Assembly (NCBI GenBank): GCA_028278555.1
Contig: JANQEA010000035.1
Coordinates: 152,089 to 216,088, forward strand
From: Candidatus Bipolaricaulota bacterium
Lineage (GTDB): Bacteria; Bipolaricaulota; Bipolaricaulia; UBA7950; UBA9294
DNA length: 64,000 bases
Reading direction: 5' to 3'
In this document: piece after piece, positions 33,099-42,381 of the stretch
Numbering within the stretch: position 1 is the first letter of the stretch
Layout of the letters: each line of letters begins with the position of its first letter
Made by a program: the position numbers and the translations under genes
The notes under the pieces: model-generated
Told to the model about the DNA's origin: nothing
Seen by the model: only the letters and a program-made list of their open reading frames with translations
Databases searched by the model: none

Positions 33099-34535
33099 TC
33101 AGATTCGGTGAACCTTGATGAAGTTCGTCCGTCCTTCGCTTCCGGCCGGAATCCCCCCGGCGACGACGACCATCTCACCCGGTTCCGCCTCGCCGCGCTC
33201 CAGGAGGAGGCTTCTGACCATCTCCAGCATCTCGTCGGTCGAGCCGTACGGCGGGACGAGGATCGGCGTGATCCCCCAGACGAGCGCAAGCTGCCGGAGG
33301 GTCGTCTCTCGCGGCGTGAGTGCGACGATCGGGCGCGTCGGACGCTCTCGCGCGATCTGGCGCGCTGTGTAGCCGCTCCGGGTCGAGGTGACGATCAATG
33401 CCGCGTCGATCTCACGAGCGACACGGACGGTCGCCTTCCCGATCGCGTCGGTGATCGGACGAGATCGATCGGTTCTGTCATCGATGGTCCCCTCGTCGCG
33501 ACAGGAGACCTCTCGCTCAGCGATCGCCGAGATCTCGCGGATCATCGACACGGCCTCGACCGGATGCCGTCCGACGGCCGTCTCGGCCGAGAGCATCACC
33601 GCATCGGAACCGTCGAAGATCGCGTTCGCCACGTCGCTCGCCTCAGCGCGGGTCGGCCTTGGACTCTCGATCATCGACTGGAGCATCTGCGTCGCGGTGA
33701 TCACCGGGATTCCGAGTCGGTTGCAGCGCCGGATGATCTTCTTCTGGAGAACGGGGACCTGCTGAGGCGACGTCTCAACGCCCAGATCGCCGCGGGCGAC
33801 CATCACACCATCGCTGGCGGCGAGGATCGCCGGGAGCCGCTCGATCGCCTCGCGTTTCTCGATCTTGGCGATGATCCCCACATCGATTCCCCCGGGACAC
33901 CCGTCGAGCAGCTCGCGAAGTCCGTTCAAATCGTCGGCGGCTCGGACGAATGACAGCGCGACATAATCGACACCTTGCTCGATGGCGAACCGCGCGTCCG
34001 CGCGATCCTTCACTGTCAACGCGGTGATCCCTGACGTCCCGCTCGGAGCGGCAATCCCCTTCTGCGACGACAGCTCGCCTCCAACAACGATTCGCGCGAT
34101 TAGCGTCTCCGGCCGAACCTCGCGGATCTCGGCCTCGATCAGCCCATCGTCGAGCAGGATCCGATCCCCGACGCACGCGCCGACGATCAGCTCGGGATGC
34201 GGCAACGGGATCGCGTGATCGGTTCCGTCGGATGGTCGCGTCGTGAATGCCACCCAATCACCAGCGTCGAGTCGGAGCGAGTCAACCAGTCGGCCGATCC
34301 TGAGCTTCGGTCCCTGCAGGTCGGCGATCACAGCGACGATCCCCTTCTCCTCGGCTGCGATCTCACGGACGCGCTGGATCGTCTCGGCGTGTGTCTCGTG
34401 CGTTCCATGCGAGAAGTTGACCCGCGCGACGTCCATCCCGGCACGGATCAACCGCCGGATCGCCTCGCGATCGCTCGATGCCGGCCCGAGGGTGCAGACG
34501 ATCTTCGTCTTCGTCTCCGACGCGTGGCTGACCAT
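33099..34535 (-). CDS. pyk: Pyruvate kinase
   Basis: Start is ATG 34535 (MVSHASETKTKIVCTLGPAS). Motifs: NFSHG, the MVARGDLGVE active-site signature and a C-terminal regulatory domain. The track ORF N-terminal 129 aa are spurious. Confidence 0.9.
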   Translation of the reverse strand: MVSHASETKTKIVCTLGPASSDREAIRRLIRAGMDVARVNFSHGTHETHAETIQRVREIAAEEKGIVAVIADLQGPKLRIGRLVDSLRLDAGDWVAFTTRPSDGTDHAIPLPHPELIVGACVGDRILLDDGLIEAEIREVRPETLIARIVVGGELSSQKGIAAPSGTSGITALTVKDRADARFAIEQGVDYVALSFVRAADDLNGLRELLDGCPGGIDVGIIAKIEKREAIERLPAILAASDGVMVARGDLGVETSPQQVPVLQKKIIRRCNRLGIPVITATQMLQSMIESPRPTRAEASDVANAIFDGSDAVMLSAETAVGRHPVEAVSMIREISAIAEREVSCRDEGTIDDRTDRSRPITDAIGKATVRVAREIDAALIVTSTRSGYTARQIARERPTRPIVALTPRETTLRQLALVWGITPILVPPYGSTDEMLEMVRSLLLERGEAEPGEMVVVAGGIPAGSEGRTNFIKVHRI

Positions 34536-34537
34536 CG

Positions 34538-35398
34538 CTAGGCCTCGTCCGCCGGCGAGACGATCCGATACTGCGCGGAGTCCGAGACCGGTCGGAATCC
34601 GATCTGTTGGTAGATCTTGTTCGACGTCGGATTCGCCAGGTCGGCGTAGAGCGTGCAGAACGCCTTCCCTGCGCCGAGCAGCCGCTCGCAGAGGGCTGCG
34701 ACACAGGCCGATGCGTAGCCGTTCCTCCGCTTCTCCGGAGGGGTATAGACCGCGCTGATCGTCGCGGCGTTCTCCGTTCCACGAGAGCTTCCAGCCAGAG
34801 AGGCCGGTCCATCGTGATCCCAGACGACCAGGTTCCCCGACTCCATGAACCGACGGGCGATCCCCTTCGGATCGGAGGGCGGATCTCCCGGGACGGCCTC
34901 GGTCTGGAACCCGACGATCCATTCCGCGATCAGATCGAGCTCCTCGTCAGCCACAGACCGCATCCGGCCGGGTACGCCGCTCGGCGGCTTGACGTCGTAC
35001 AAGGCGTAGATCCGCATCCGTCGTTCGACCTCCAGGCAAGAGCCCGTCCGTTCCGTCCACGCCTCCGCGAATGCCGCGGCGACACCAGCTTCCCCATTCA
35101 GCCCGGGAAGCTCTGGATCGGCTTTCGAGAGGTGCTCGACAAGCGGAACGATCGTGTCGAGGCGGCCTTCCTCGCAATGGAGAATCACCGGGAACGGGGG
35201 CGTCCGGATTGCAGCGGCCACGAGATCGGCGCCGTCCTCGACGCTCACGAAGTACGGTGGATCGCCGCCGTAGGACCGTCCGGCGCGGACGCGATCGGCG
35301 ATCCCGAGGATCAGGTTGTTCTTCGCTTCCTCGACGAGCAGGCGTTCTTCCGTCGCTTCGAGGAACGCCTTCGGGCTCGGATAGGTCGTCAGTTTCAT
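34538..35398 (-). CDS. GNAT-family N-acetyltransferase (two-domain, ~286 aa type)
   Basis: The C-terminal acetyl-CoA motif RRNGYASACVAAL (RxxGxA) is present. The layout matches COG3393-like predicted acetyltransferases. Confidence 0.75.
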   Translation of the reverse strand: MKLTTYPSPKAFLEATEERLLVEEAKNNLILGIADRVRAGRSYGGDPPYFVSVEDGADLVAAAIRTPPFPVILHCEEGRLDTIVPLVEHLSKADPELPGLNGEAGVAAAFAEAWTERTGSCLEVERRMRIYALYDVKPPSGVPGRMRSVADEELDLIAEWIVGFQTEAVPGDPPSDPKGIARRFMESGNLVVWDHDGPASLAGSSRGTENAATISAVYTPPEKRRNGYASACVAALCERLLGAGKAFCTLYADLANPTSNKIYQQIGFRPVSDSAQYRIVSPADEA

Positions 35399-35913
35399 CG
35401 GCTTCCTGTCTCCAGCAAATCGATATACGCTCCGCTCACGCGATCCGCGTTTTCGATGCCGAGTGACTCCAGCAGTCGATCGGCGGTTGCCGCTCCCTCC
35501 TCGGTCGATTCTCCCTCCTCGAGAACGACCTCGAGTTCCATGAACGTGCCGAGGCCCTCGACTTCATCGAGGTGGATTCGCGTTCGGCCGATACGATAGA
35601 GGAACCGACGTTTCACGACCACTCCCCGAACCTCGAGTACCGCCGTGAGCATGCTCAGGAACGTCTCGGGATCGGTCGACCAGACAAGGGCGTACTCCGA
35701 GACCTTTGCGGACGAGTCGTCCGGCCGCTCGTAGTAGATCAGCTCGCACGCGTCCGGCGCGAGAACGCGGAGCTTCAGCCGACCGCGTGGCACGACGAAG
35801 AACGTGTCGTGCTGATCGAGGTTCTCAACCGGAGTCTCAGTCAGCGCTTCGGCGCGTCGGCGGAAGGCGTCGACCTCCCTGACGCGCGCCTTGACCTCAA
35901 CGTTTCTCGCCAT
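35395..35913 (-). CDS. CYTH-domain protein (class IV adenylate cyclase / CyaB-like)
   Basis: The N-terminus MARNVEVKARV is an ExExK-type variant common in CyaB-like proteins. It is 172 aa, with the motif HLDEVEGLGTFMELEV. Confidence 0.8.
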   Translation of the reverse strand: MARNVEVKARVREVDAFRRRAEALTETPVENLDQHDTFFVVPRGRLKLRVLAPDACELIYYERPDDSSAKVSEYALVWSTDPETFLSMLTAVLEVRGVVVKRRFLYRIGRTRIHLDEVEGLGTFMELEVVLEEGESTEEGAATADRLLESLGIENADRVSGAYIDLLETGSR

Positions 35914-36676
35914 CGTTCTCCTCCCACACCTTCAGCTGTCGATCGAGCGCGGCTCGGAGACTCGGATCGATTGGTTCACGATCCGGGTCTTCGCGGCGAT
36001 GGAGCACTCGAGGCCGTTCCTCCCCATAGGGAGTGAAGCGGAGTGCAACGTGCTCCAGATAGAACCGCGCGTTCCCCGGAGGCACCGGGTCGGCGTACAA
36101 CCAATCGTCGACAAGCGGTGCGCCGAGATGCGCCATCGTCGCGCGGATCTGATGATACCGCCCGGTGTGCAGCCGGAGGAGGGCATGCGCTTCGTCCTCA
36201 CGATCGGGTGTTGGTGCAAGCGCCAGGATCTCGGTGACCGCGCGTTTCCCACCGCTTCGAACGACGATCGAACGGCCGCCGCGCGTCCGAAGGTGGACCA
36301 TGTGTACGCCGATCCACCGCTCAGGCCGATCCGACAGCGTTCCATTGACCCGCGCCAAGTAGACCTTCTCCCAGGTGCGATCTCGAAGGCTCTCGTTGTG
36401 GAATCGGATCGCGTCGGCCGACAGCGCAACCACAACGATCCCTCTCGTCACCCGGTCGAGCCGATGCGGAAGCTTCGGAGCGGCATCTCGCGCCGCCGCC
36501 GCCCGGACCCGCGCGATCAGCGAGACGCCCTTCGGATCGCTCGTCAGCTCGGTCGCCATACCGGCCGGCTTGATGACGGTGAGTTCGTGCGGACCCTCGA
36601 AGAGGATCGGCAGCCCGAGCGCGTCCCAACCGACGTTCTCTCCCCCGGCGCTGGCAACAGGCTCCACGCGTTCCAC
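35897..36676 (-). CDS. RluA-family pseudouridine synthase
   Basis: The catalytic motif HRLDRVTRGIVVVA (HRLDxxTSG-like) and downstream KxYxA (KVYLARV) are present. It overlaps the CYTH gene by 17 nt. Confidence 0.85.
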   Translation of the reverse strand: MERVEPVASAGGENVGWDALGLPILFEGPHELTVIKPAGMATELTSDPKGVSLIARVRAAAARDAAPKLPHRLDRVTRGIVVVALSADAIRFHNESLRDRTWEKVYLARVNGTLSDRPERWIGVHMVHLRTRGGRSIVVRSGGKRAVTEILALAPTPDREDEAHALLRLHTGRYHQIRATMAHLGAPLVDDWLYADPVPPGNARFYLEHVALRFTPYGEERPRVLHRREDPDREPIDPSLRAALDRQLKVWEENDGEKR

Positions 36677-37056
36677 CTCCGTCTGCCCGAGAGTCTATCG
36701 CCAGGGACCGAACGCCGAAATGGTTCGACACAAGAAAGCGAGCGCACGAGATCCCGGAGCTTCTCGCACGCTCGCCGGTGGGCGACCTTCGGTTCACGAC
36801 ATCATGGGTACTCTGCATCCTTGAAGGGCCGATGTGCGTGCCGTGATGCGGGTGTGTTCCCGCAAGCTGGCGAAAGGTGAGAGCCCGGGCCGTATTGTGC
36901 AAGGCCCAGGCTCTCGTGACTCCTCAGCGTAGGGCAACCGTAGCTCGAAGGCGTGAACCGACTGTGAACCGTCGGTGTCGTCCGTGTGTCCTGTCCATCA
37001 GCCGCGGCCCAGAGTTCGGAAAGGCTTATCCCAAGGACATTTCGCCGCTTAGGGTC

Positions 37057-37085
37057 TTGACAAGGCCTGGGGACCGGCCTATAGT
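37057..37085 (+). promoter_or_regulatory. Near-consensus sigma70 promoter
   Basis: TTGACA (37057-37062), an exactly 17-nt spacer and TATAGT (37080-37085). Confidence 0.55.
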
Positions 37086-37091
37086 GGCCGC

Positions 37092-37263
37092 GATATGCTA
37101 GAAGCAGGTAGTCCTCGGATGAGCCGGATGGGTTCGAGCGGCGTCTGCTTCTATTGGTTTTGGTACGAGTCCGGCTCCCGCGCTGCACGCTAGCCACGAC
37201 TAGCTAGCAAGAGCAGCGAAGGGGCCGGAAGACGACTGCGGGCAACCGCGGTCTTTTCTTTTT
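37092..37263 (+). ncRNA. Candidate ~170-nt structured RNA (stand-alone sRNA, or riboswitch/attenuator aptamer of the downstream ABC operon), class unknown
   Basis: It starts just downstream of the promoter. Hairpin 1 is 37099-37153 (AGAAGCAG/CTGCTTCT base). A long imperfect hairpin 2 spans 37170-37229 (TCCGGC..GCCGGA, CGCTGC/GCAGCG, GCTAG/CTAGC). The terminator hairpin follows. No protein-like ORF is present. Confidence 0.4.
37236..37263 (+). terminator. Intrinsic terminator inside the leader region
   Basis: CTGCGG-GCAA-CCGCGG (a 6-bp stem including one G-U pair, with a GNRA loop) is followed by TCTTTTCTTTTT. Confidence 0.55.
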
Positions 37264-37304
37264 GCGCGGAGGTGACAGGAAGCAGGAAGCGAGTCGGAAC
37301 AGGC

Positions 37305-37395
37305 CCGCCCGCGAGCGCGCTTGAGAAGCGTTCCCCTCGCGGGCGGACACGGATGGACGATCGGTGCAGATCGTCCGGGTTCGGTCCGAAGGACC
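37305..37395 (+). promoter_or_regulatory. Three further strong hairpins in the 5' UTR of the ABC substrate-binding gene
   Basis: CCGCCCGCGAG/CTCGCGGGCGG (37305-37346, 11 bp), GGACGATC/GATCGTCC (37355-37376, 8 bp) and GGTCC-GAA-GGACC (37383-37395), followed by the SD GGAAGGAG and GTG 37425. Confidence 0.4.
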
Positions 37396-37424
37396 ACCGC
37401 AAGGATAACGCGGAAGGAGACGAA

Positions 37425-38426
37425 GTGAAACGGATCATTGCGGTTGCACTACTAGGACTTGTTGTCCTCAACGTTGGATTCGCGGCGGCGGCAGCCCCGT
37501 TGAAGATCGGGATCTGCAAGATCGTCGAACATCCGGCGCTCGATGCGGTCGAACAGGGAGTCATCGACACCCTGACGGCCGCCGGATATGTCGAAGGAGT
37601 CGATGTCGAGTACCTGATCGCCAGCGCCCAGGGAGACTTCGGCACGGCGATCTCCATCGCGCAGAACTTTCTAGCCCAGAACGTCGATCTCGTCGTCGCC
37701 ATCGCCACACCGACGGCGCAGGCGGCGGTCGAGGTCTTCCGGGGCACGGACACACCGATCATCTACGGCGCCGTGACGGATCCGGTCGGGGCCGAGCTTG
37801 TGCCGAGCGCCACCGACCCGAGCGGGAACGAAAACGTGACCGGGGTCTCTGACATGATCCCCGTCGCGGCGCACCTCCGGCTCCTGAAGGAGCTGTCACC
37901 CGACATCGTCAGGATCGGAATCGTCTACAACCCGGGAGAAGCAAACTCGGCGATCCTAACGGAGATGGCCCTCGCTGCTGCGTCGGACGTCGGTGTCGAG
38001 ATCGTCACGGCGTCGGCCGATTCGACGGCGAACGTCCCGCTCGCCGCCCAGTCGCTGATCGGACGGGTCGACGCGTTCTACGTCACCACGGACAACACGG
38101 TCGTCTCGGCGATCGACTCCGTCCTGGCGGCGTCCGAGGAAGCAAAGGTTCCTTTCCTAATGGCCGATCCGACGAGCCTCGCGCAGGCGACGCTCGCCGC
38201 CGGCTTCGACTACTACGAGCATGGCTTGACCGTCGGGCAGATTGTCTTGGACGTCCTCTCCGGAGTAGGAACCGACGAGATCCCGGTGACGTACCAGCCG
38301 ACCGCCGAGGTTCACCTGAACATCGATGCGGCAGCACGGATCGGGTTCGTCTTCTCACAGGCGGTGCTCGATCAGGCCTCGGCGATCCTGTACGGCGGGA
38401 TCATCTGGGAGAAGAAACAGCCCTAG
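37425..38426 (+). CDS. ABC transporter substrate-binding protein (ABC_sub_bind / COG2984 family)
   Basis: GTG start after the SD GGAAGGAG. It has a signal peptide (IIAVALLGLVVLNVGFAAAA). The mature N-terminus PLKIGICKIVEHPALD is typical of PF04392-type proteins. Confidence 0.85.
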   Translation: MKRIIAVALLGLVVLNVGFAAAAAPLKIGICKIVEHPALDAVEQGVIDTLTAAGYVEGVDVEYLIASAQGDFGTAISIAQNFLAQNVDLVVAIATPTAQAAVEVFRGTDTPIIYGAVTDPVGAELVPSATDPSGNENVTGVSDMIPVAAHLRLLKELSPDIVRIGIVYNPGEANSAILTEMALAAASDVGVEIVTASADSTANVPLAAQSLIGRVDAFYVTTDNTVVSAIDSVLAASEEAKVPFLMADPTSLAQATLAAGFDYYEHGLTVGQIVLDVLSGVGTDEIPVTYQPTAEVHLNIDAAARIGFVFSQAVLDQASAILYGGIIWEKKQP

Positions 38427-38454
38427 TACCGGGGCAAGCAGCGACGGAGGAACG

Positions 38455-39354
38455 ATGGCTGTCCTGTGGATTCACGCGGTCGAACAAGGCCTCGCCTACG
38501 GCATCGCAGCGCTGGGTGTCTTTCTAACCTATCGCGTGCTGAAGTTCCCCGACCTGACGGTCGATGGGAGTTTCGTGACCGGGGCGGCCATCGCTTCCGT
38601 CCTCCTGATCCGATACGGCGTCGACCCGTTCACGGTCCTTCTGGTCGCGTTCGTCGCCGGAGGGATCGCCGGATTGATCACCGGGCTCCTCAACACGCGT
38701 TTGGGGATCACGAACCTCCTCGCCGGCGTGTTGACGATGATCATGCTCTACTCGATCAATCTGCGGATCATGGGACGTCCGAACCTGTCGCTTCTCCGAG
38801 TCTCGACGGCGACGCGGATCGTCGATGCCGCCTGGTCGCCGCTCGGCGCGTTCTCCGTCCTCGCGTTCATCGCGATCCTGACGATTGCGATCAAGTTCCT
38901 TCTCGACGCCTTCCTTCGCACGGAAGTCGGCTTCGCGCTCCGCGCGACCGGCGACAGCGAACGGATGATCACGGCGCAGGGGGTGAATACGAAGACGATG
39001 AAGATCCTTGGATTGGCGCTTTCCAACGGGCTTGTCGCGCTCTCCGGCGCGTTGGTCGCCCAGTACAGCGGCTTCGCCGACGTCGGGATGGGACTCGGGA
39101 CGATCGTCACCGGGCTCGCTGCAGTGATTATCGGTGGAACGCTGATCCGATCGAGTCGCGTCGGATGGATGACCGCCGGCGTTCTCCTCGGTTCGCTCGT
39201 CTACCGGATCGCCGTCATCCTCGCCCTCCGATACGGCTACGTCATCGGGTTCCAGGCGAGCGACTTGAAGCTGATCACGTCGCTTCTCGTCATCCTCGCC
39301 CTCGTTGTCCCGTACCTTCGGGAGCGGCGGATGCGGAAGGTGAGCGCATGCTGA
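38455..39354 (+). CDS. ABC transporter permease (COG4120 family)
   Basis: ATG 38455 follows the SD GGAGG. The N-terminus is QGLAYGIAALGVFLTYRVLKFPDLTVDGSF, with about 8 TM helices. Confidence 0.85.
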   Translation: MAVLWIHAVEQGLAYGIAALGVFLTYRVLKFPDLTVDGSFVTGAAIASVLLIRYGVDPFTVLLVAFVAGGIAGLITGLLNTRLGITNLLAGVLTMIMLYSINLRIMGRPNLSLLRVSTATRIVDAAWSPLGAFSVLAFIAILTIAIKFLLDAFLRTEVGFALRATGDSERMITAQGVNTKTMKILGLALSNGLVALSGALVAQYSGFADVGMGLGTIVTGLAAVIIGGTLIRSSRVGWMTAGVLLGSLVYRIAVILALRYGYVIGFQASDLKLITSLLVILALVVPYLRERRMRKVSAC

Positions 39355-40136
39355 GCCTCGAACGCCTGTCGAAGACTTTCCAGACCGCCGCCGATCGGGT
39401 CGTCGCGATTCGCGAGACCGACCTGCACCTGGAAGAGGGAGACTTCCTGACGATCATCGGATCGAACGGTGCCGGGAAGAGCACGCTCCTCAACCTGATC
39501 GCGGGAAGCTATCCGCCGACCTCCGGGCGGATCGTGCTAAGAGGCGTCGACTTGACCGGTATCCCGGCCCATCGGAGGGCACGGCGGATCGGTCGGATCG
39601 TTCAGGATCCGCTCGCCGGGACGGCCCCTTCGATGACGGTCGCAGAGAACCTTGCCCTGGCGATGAAACGGGGCCGCCGGTCCCTTCGGCTGGCCCTCCC
39701 TCGAAGGCTCCGCCGCCGCTTCCGCGAGCAACTCACCGCCCTGAACGTCGGGTTGGAGGATCGCCTCCGATGCCGGGTCGATCTCCTCTCCGGTGGGGAG
39801 CGCCAGGCCCTCGCCGTCCTGATGGCCACGCTCGTCCCGCCCGAAGTTCTGCTCCTCGACGAGCACACCGCAGCGCTCGATCCGAGCAACGCTGCGATGA
39901 TCGTCCGACTGACGCGATCGTTCGTCGAACGTCTCAATCTGACGACCCTGATGGTCACCCACAACATGGAGCAGGCGATCGACGTCGGAACGCGTCTGAT
40001 CATGATGCACAAGGGGGAGATCATCGAGGAGCTCCACGGGGTGGAGAAGAGCCAGGCGACCGTTCCACAGCTCGTCGACCTCTTCTCGCAGCACCACGTC
40101 GTCGACGACGAGCTTCTCCTCGAACGGGTCGTCTAG
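39348..40136 (+). CDS. ABC transporter ATP-binding protein (COG1101 family)
   Basis: Walker A GSNGAGKST, signature LSGGERQA and Walker B LLLDEHTAALD. The ATG overlaps the permease stop (ATGCTGA). Confidence 0.9.
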   Translation: MLSLERLSKTFQTAADRVVAIRETDLHLEEGDFLTIIGSNGAGKSTLLNLIAGSYPPTSGRIVLRGVDLTGIPAHRRARRIGRIVQDPLAGTAPSMTVAENLALAMKRGRRSLRLALPRRLRRRFREQLTALNVGLEDRLRCRVDLLSGGERQALAVLMATLVPPEVLLLDEHTAALDPSNAAMIVRLTRSFVERLNLTTLMVTHNMEQAIDVGTRLIMMHKGEIIEELHGVEKSQATVPQLVDLFSQHHVVDDELLLERVV

Positions 40137-40819
40137 TCCGACTTCGCCGGCCAACCGACCGGCATGATCGCCAGCGGATCTTCGGTGATCGCGAGATTGA
40201 TCTTCACCGCTTCATCGACGAACGCTCCGACGATCACCGTCCCGAGTCCGTGTGCGCCGGCCTGGAGATAGATGTTCTGGCAGACGTGTCCAACCTCGAT
40301 GTGAACGTAGCGTTCGGTACGATCTCCGTACTTGCCCGCGGTCCGGTCGAAATCGGCTACGATGACGATCATCGCCGGAGCGTCGGCCATCCAAACCTGA
40401 CCGTGCGCGGCAATCGCCACCTCGAATCGCCAATCGCCCTCGCGATGGAATTCGAGCCGGTGCCCGGACGGTTCGTAGCGGTAGATCCCCGGATCGACCC
40501 CATCCACGTTCCCGACGACCACGAAGATCTCGAGCGGGTAGAGCGCTCCGGCCGACGGGGCGGTCCGTCCGCCCCAGACGGACGTAATCCCCTGCGCCGC
40601 CCAAAGGATCTGACCAAGCTCCTCGAGTGAGAGCGGCACGTCCTGGTAGTCGCGGATCGAGCGCCGCGAGGCGAGGGCGCTCTCGACGCTCACTTCCCCG
40701 TCGAACCGCGGCTCCGGAAGATGGACGTCCTCGGCGAACAGGCATACGGAAACGCCGATCAGGAGAAACAAGCAAAACGCAGAACCTATCATCGTCTTCA
40801 CAAGCGGCCTCCCTTGCAT
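40133..40819 (-). CDS. SagB/ThcOx-type nitroreductase-family dehydrogenase with N-terminal signal/anchor
   Basis: RRSIRDYQD...LSLEELGQILWAAQGIT...GRTAPSAGALYPLEIFVV...GIYRY is the SagB-type dehydrogenase-domain pattern. It has a hydrophobic N-terminus (IGSAFCLFLLIGVSVCLFA). Confidence 0.75.
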   Translation of the reverse strand: MQGRPLVKTMIGSAFCLFLLIGVSVCLFAEDVHLPEPRFDGEVSVESALASRRSIRDYQDVPLSLEELGQILWAAQGITSVWGGRTAPSAGALYPLEIFVVVGNVDGVDPGIYRYEPSGHRLEFHREGDWRFEVAIAAHGQVWMADAPAMIVIVADFDRTAGKYGDRTERYVHIEVGHVCQNIYLQAGAHGLGTVIVGAFVDEAVKINLAITEDPLAIMPVGWPAKSD

Positions 40820-40871
40820 TCAGAGACTCGCTACGACACCCACCCAGGGAAGCGTCCTATGCTTCCCCGAC

Positions 40872-40901
40872 GTGATGGCTGCGCCGAAGCGCAGCCATCA
40901 C
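40872..40901 (-). terminator. Perfect 13-bp hairpin at the tldD stop codon (possible terminator/attenuator)
   Basis: GTGATGGCTGCGC-cgaa-GCGCAGCCATCAC. The stop codon lies in one arm and no clear U-tract follows. Confidence 0.3.
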
Positions 40902-42364
40902 GCCTTCATCACTCCGATCTGCACGTTCCGGAACCGGGCCGGCGCCGTCCCGTGGCCGGTATGCGCCCGTTGACCGGGCTGCCCCTTGCCGCAGTTCGCC
41001 GTTCCCCAGACGTTCCAGTGATCGGCATTGCAGACCGCATCGCAGTTGCCCCAGAACTCGGGCGTGATCCCGGTGTAGGTCGCGTTCTTCAGCATCCGCC
41101 CGAGCTTCCCGCTCTTGACCTCATAGGCAAGCTCGGTCCCGAATTGGAAGTTGAGCCGGCGATCGTCGATCGACCAGCTCTTGTTCGTCAGCATGTAGAC
41201 CCCGTCGTCCGTGTCGGCGATCAGGTCGTCGAGCGACCAGTCCCCGGGCATCAGGCTCACGTTGTTCATCCGGATGATCGGCACCCGGTTCCATCCGTCG
41301 GCCCGCATCGTCCCGTTGCTCCGTTCCGGAGCATCCGGGTGGATCGTCCGGAGCTGGCTCGCCGACTCCCGCGAGGTCAGGTACCCGACGAAGACCCCTT
41401 CTCGGACGATGTCGGTCTTCTGACCGGGGACGCCCTCGTCGTCGTAGCCGTAGGTCCCAAGCCCGGTCGGGGTGATCGCATCGGAGACGAGGTTGACGAC
41501 CTCCGAGCCGTAGCGGTACGTCCCGTACTTCTCCGGGGTAAGGAAGCTCGTTCCGGCAAACGCCGCCTCGGTCCCGAAGACCCGATCGAGCTCGATCGGA
41601 TGCCCACACGACTCGTGGACCTGGAGAGCCAGCTGAGGCCCATCGAGGATCAGCGTCGTCGTCGCGCTCGGACACTGCGGCGCCGACAGCAGGGCGACCG
41701 CCTCTTCGGCCGTTTGTCTCGCGTGCCCGGGGAGATCCCACGCACGGATGAACTCGTAGCCGGCCGTTCCCTGATGTCTCCCGAATGAATTCGGGTAGCT
41801 ACGCTGCTGCACTTCTCCCTCGGCGATTGCACGGACGGTGATACCAAGCCCCGACTCGACAATCGTCTGCTCGATGAAGCTCCCCTCGCTGCTGGCGAAC
41901 GTCTTCGTCTCTCGCAGGAATCCCATCGTCCCCTGGGCGATTGCCACGCCGCTGACGGCTCTCGCCTCCTTGTCGGCGGTGAGGAGGACTTCGATCTTCT
42001 CCTCCAGCGAGACCTCGAACGGATCGATCTCGAACGGAGTCCGGTAGGTATCGACGTGGACTTCGGGCGGGCCGAGGTTCACGTCTGCTTCCTTCACCCG
42101 GGCGCTCGCCATTGCGATCTCGACCGCTCGCGCCGCCACCCGGTCGATCTCATCGATCGTCAGCCGGTTGCTCGAGGCGAAACCCCACGCTCCATTGGCG
42201 ATGACCCGGACGCCGAACCCGAAGTCCTCGTCGAGGGTGAGGGTCTGGACGATCCCGTTCTTCACGCCGATATCTTGGTTCTCGCGACGGACGATCCGGA
42301 TGTCTGCATATGTTGCGCCGCCGCTCTGTGCCGTGTCGAGTGCTCGATCGGTGTATTCGCGCAT
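40898..42364 (-). CDS. tldD: TldD metalloprotease subunit
   Basis: 488 aa of the TldD/PmbA fold with the HExxxH motif (HESCGHPIE), which distinguishes TldD. Confidence 0.9.
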   Translation of the reverse strand: MREYTDRALDTAQSGGATYADIRIVRRENQDIGVKNGIVQTLTLDEDFGFGVRVIANGAWGFASSNRLTIDEIDRVAARAVEIAMASARVKEADVNLGPPEVHVDTYRTPFEIDPFEVSLEEKIEVLLTADKEARAVSGVAIAQGTMGFLRETKTFASSEGSFIEQTIVESGLGITVRAIAEGEVQQRSYPNSFGRHQGTAGYEFIRAWDLPGHARQTAEEAVALLSAPQCPSATTTLILDGPQLALQVHESCGHPIELDRVFGTEAAFAGTSFLTPEKYGTYRYGSEVVNLVSDAITPTGLGTYGYDDEGVPGQKTDIVREGVFVGYLTSRESASQLRTIHPDAPERSNGTMRADGWNRVPIIRMNNVSLMPGDWSLDDLIADTDDGVYMLTNKSWSIDDRRLNFQFGTELAYEVKSGKLGRMLKNATYTGITPEFWGNCDAVCNADHWNVWGTANCGKGQPGQRAHTGHGTAPARFRNVQIGVMKA

Positions 42365-42381
42365 TTGGTTTCCCCTCCTCT

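Noticed and set aside
36802-37197. A 131-aa minus-strand ORF (and 37190-37762 minus, 36877-37101 plus) in the long intergenic region.
   Set aside because: The translations are Arg/Ser/Pro-rich with no SD and no family resemblance. They overlap the promoter and hairpin structures, or are antisense to the SBP gene.
37092-37263. A T-box riboswitch was considered, because COG2984-type transporters are T-box regulated in some Firmicutes and the linker contains UGGUAC.
   Set aside because: The UGGUAC lies between hairpins 1 and 2, not in a bulge immediately 5' of the terminator. I could not identify a Stem I with specifier loop, AG bulge or distal loop, or the 14-nt T-box sequence. SRP RNA, RNase P, tmRNA, 6S and cobalamin riboswitch signatures were also not recognisable by eye. 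The RNA is left as unclassified.
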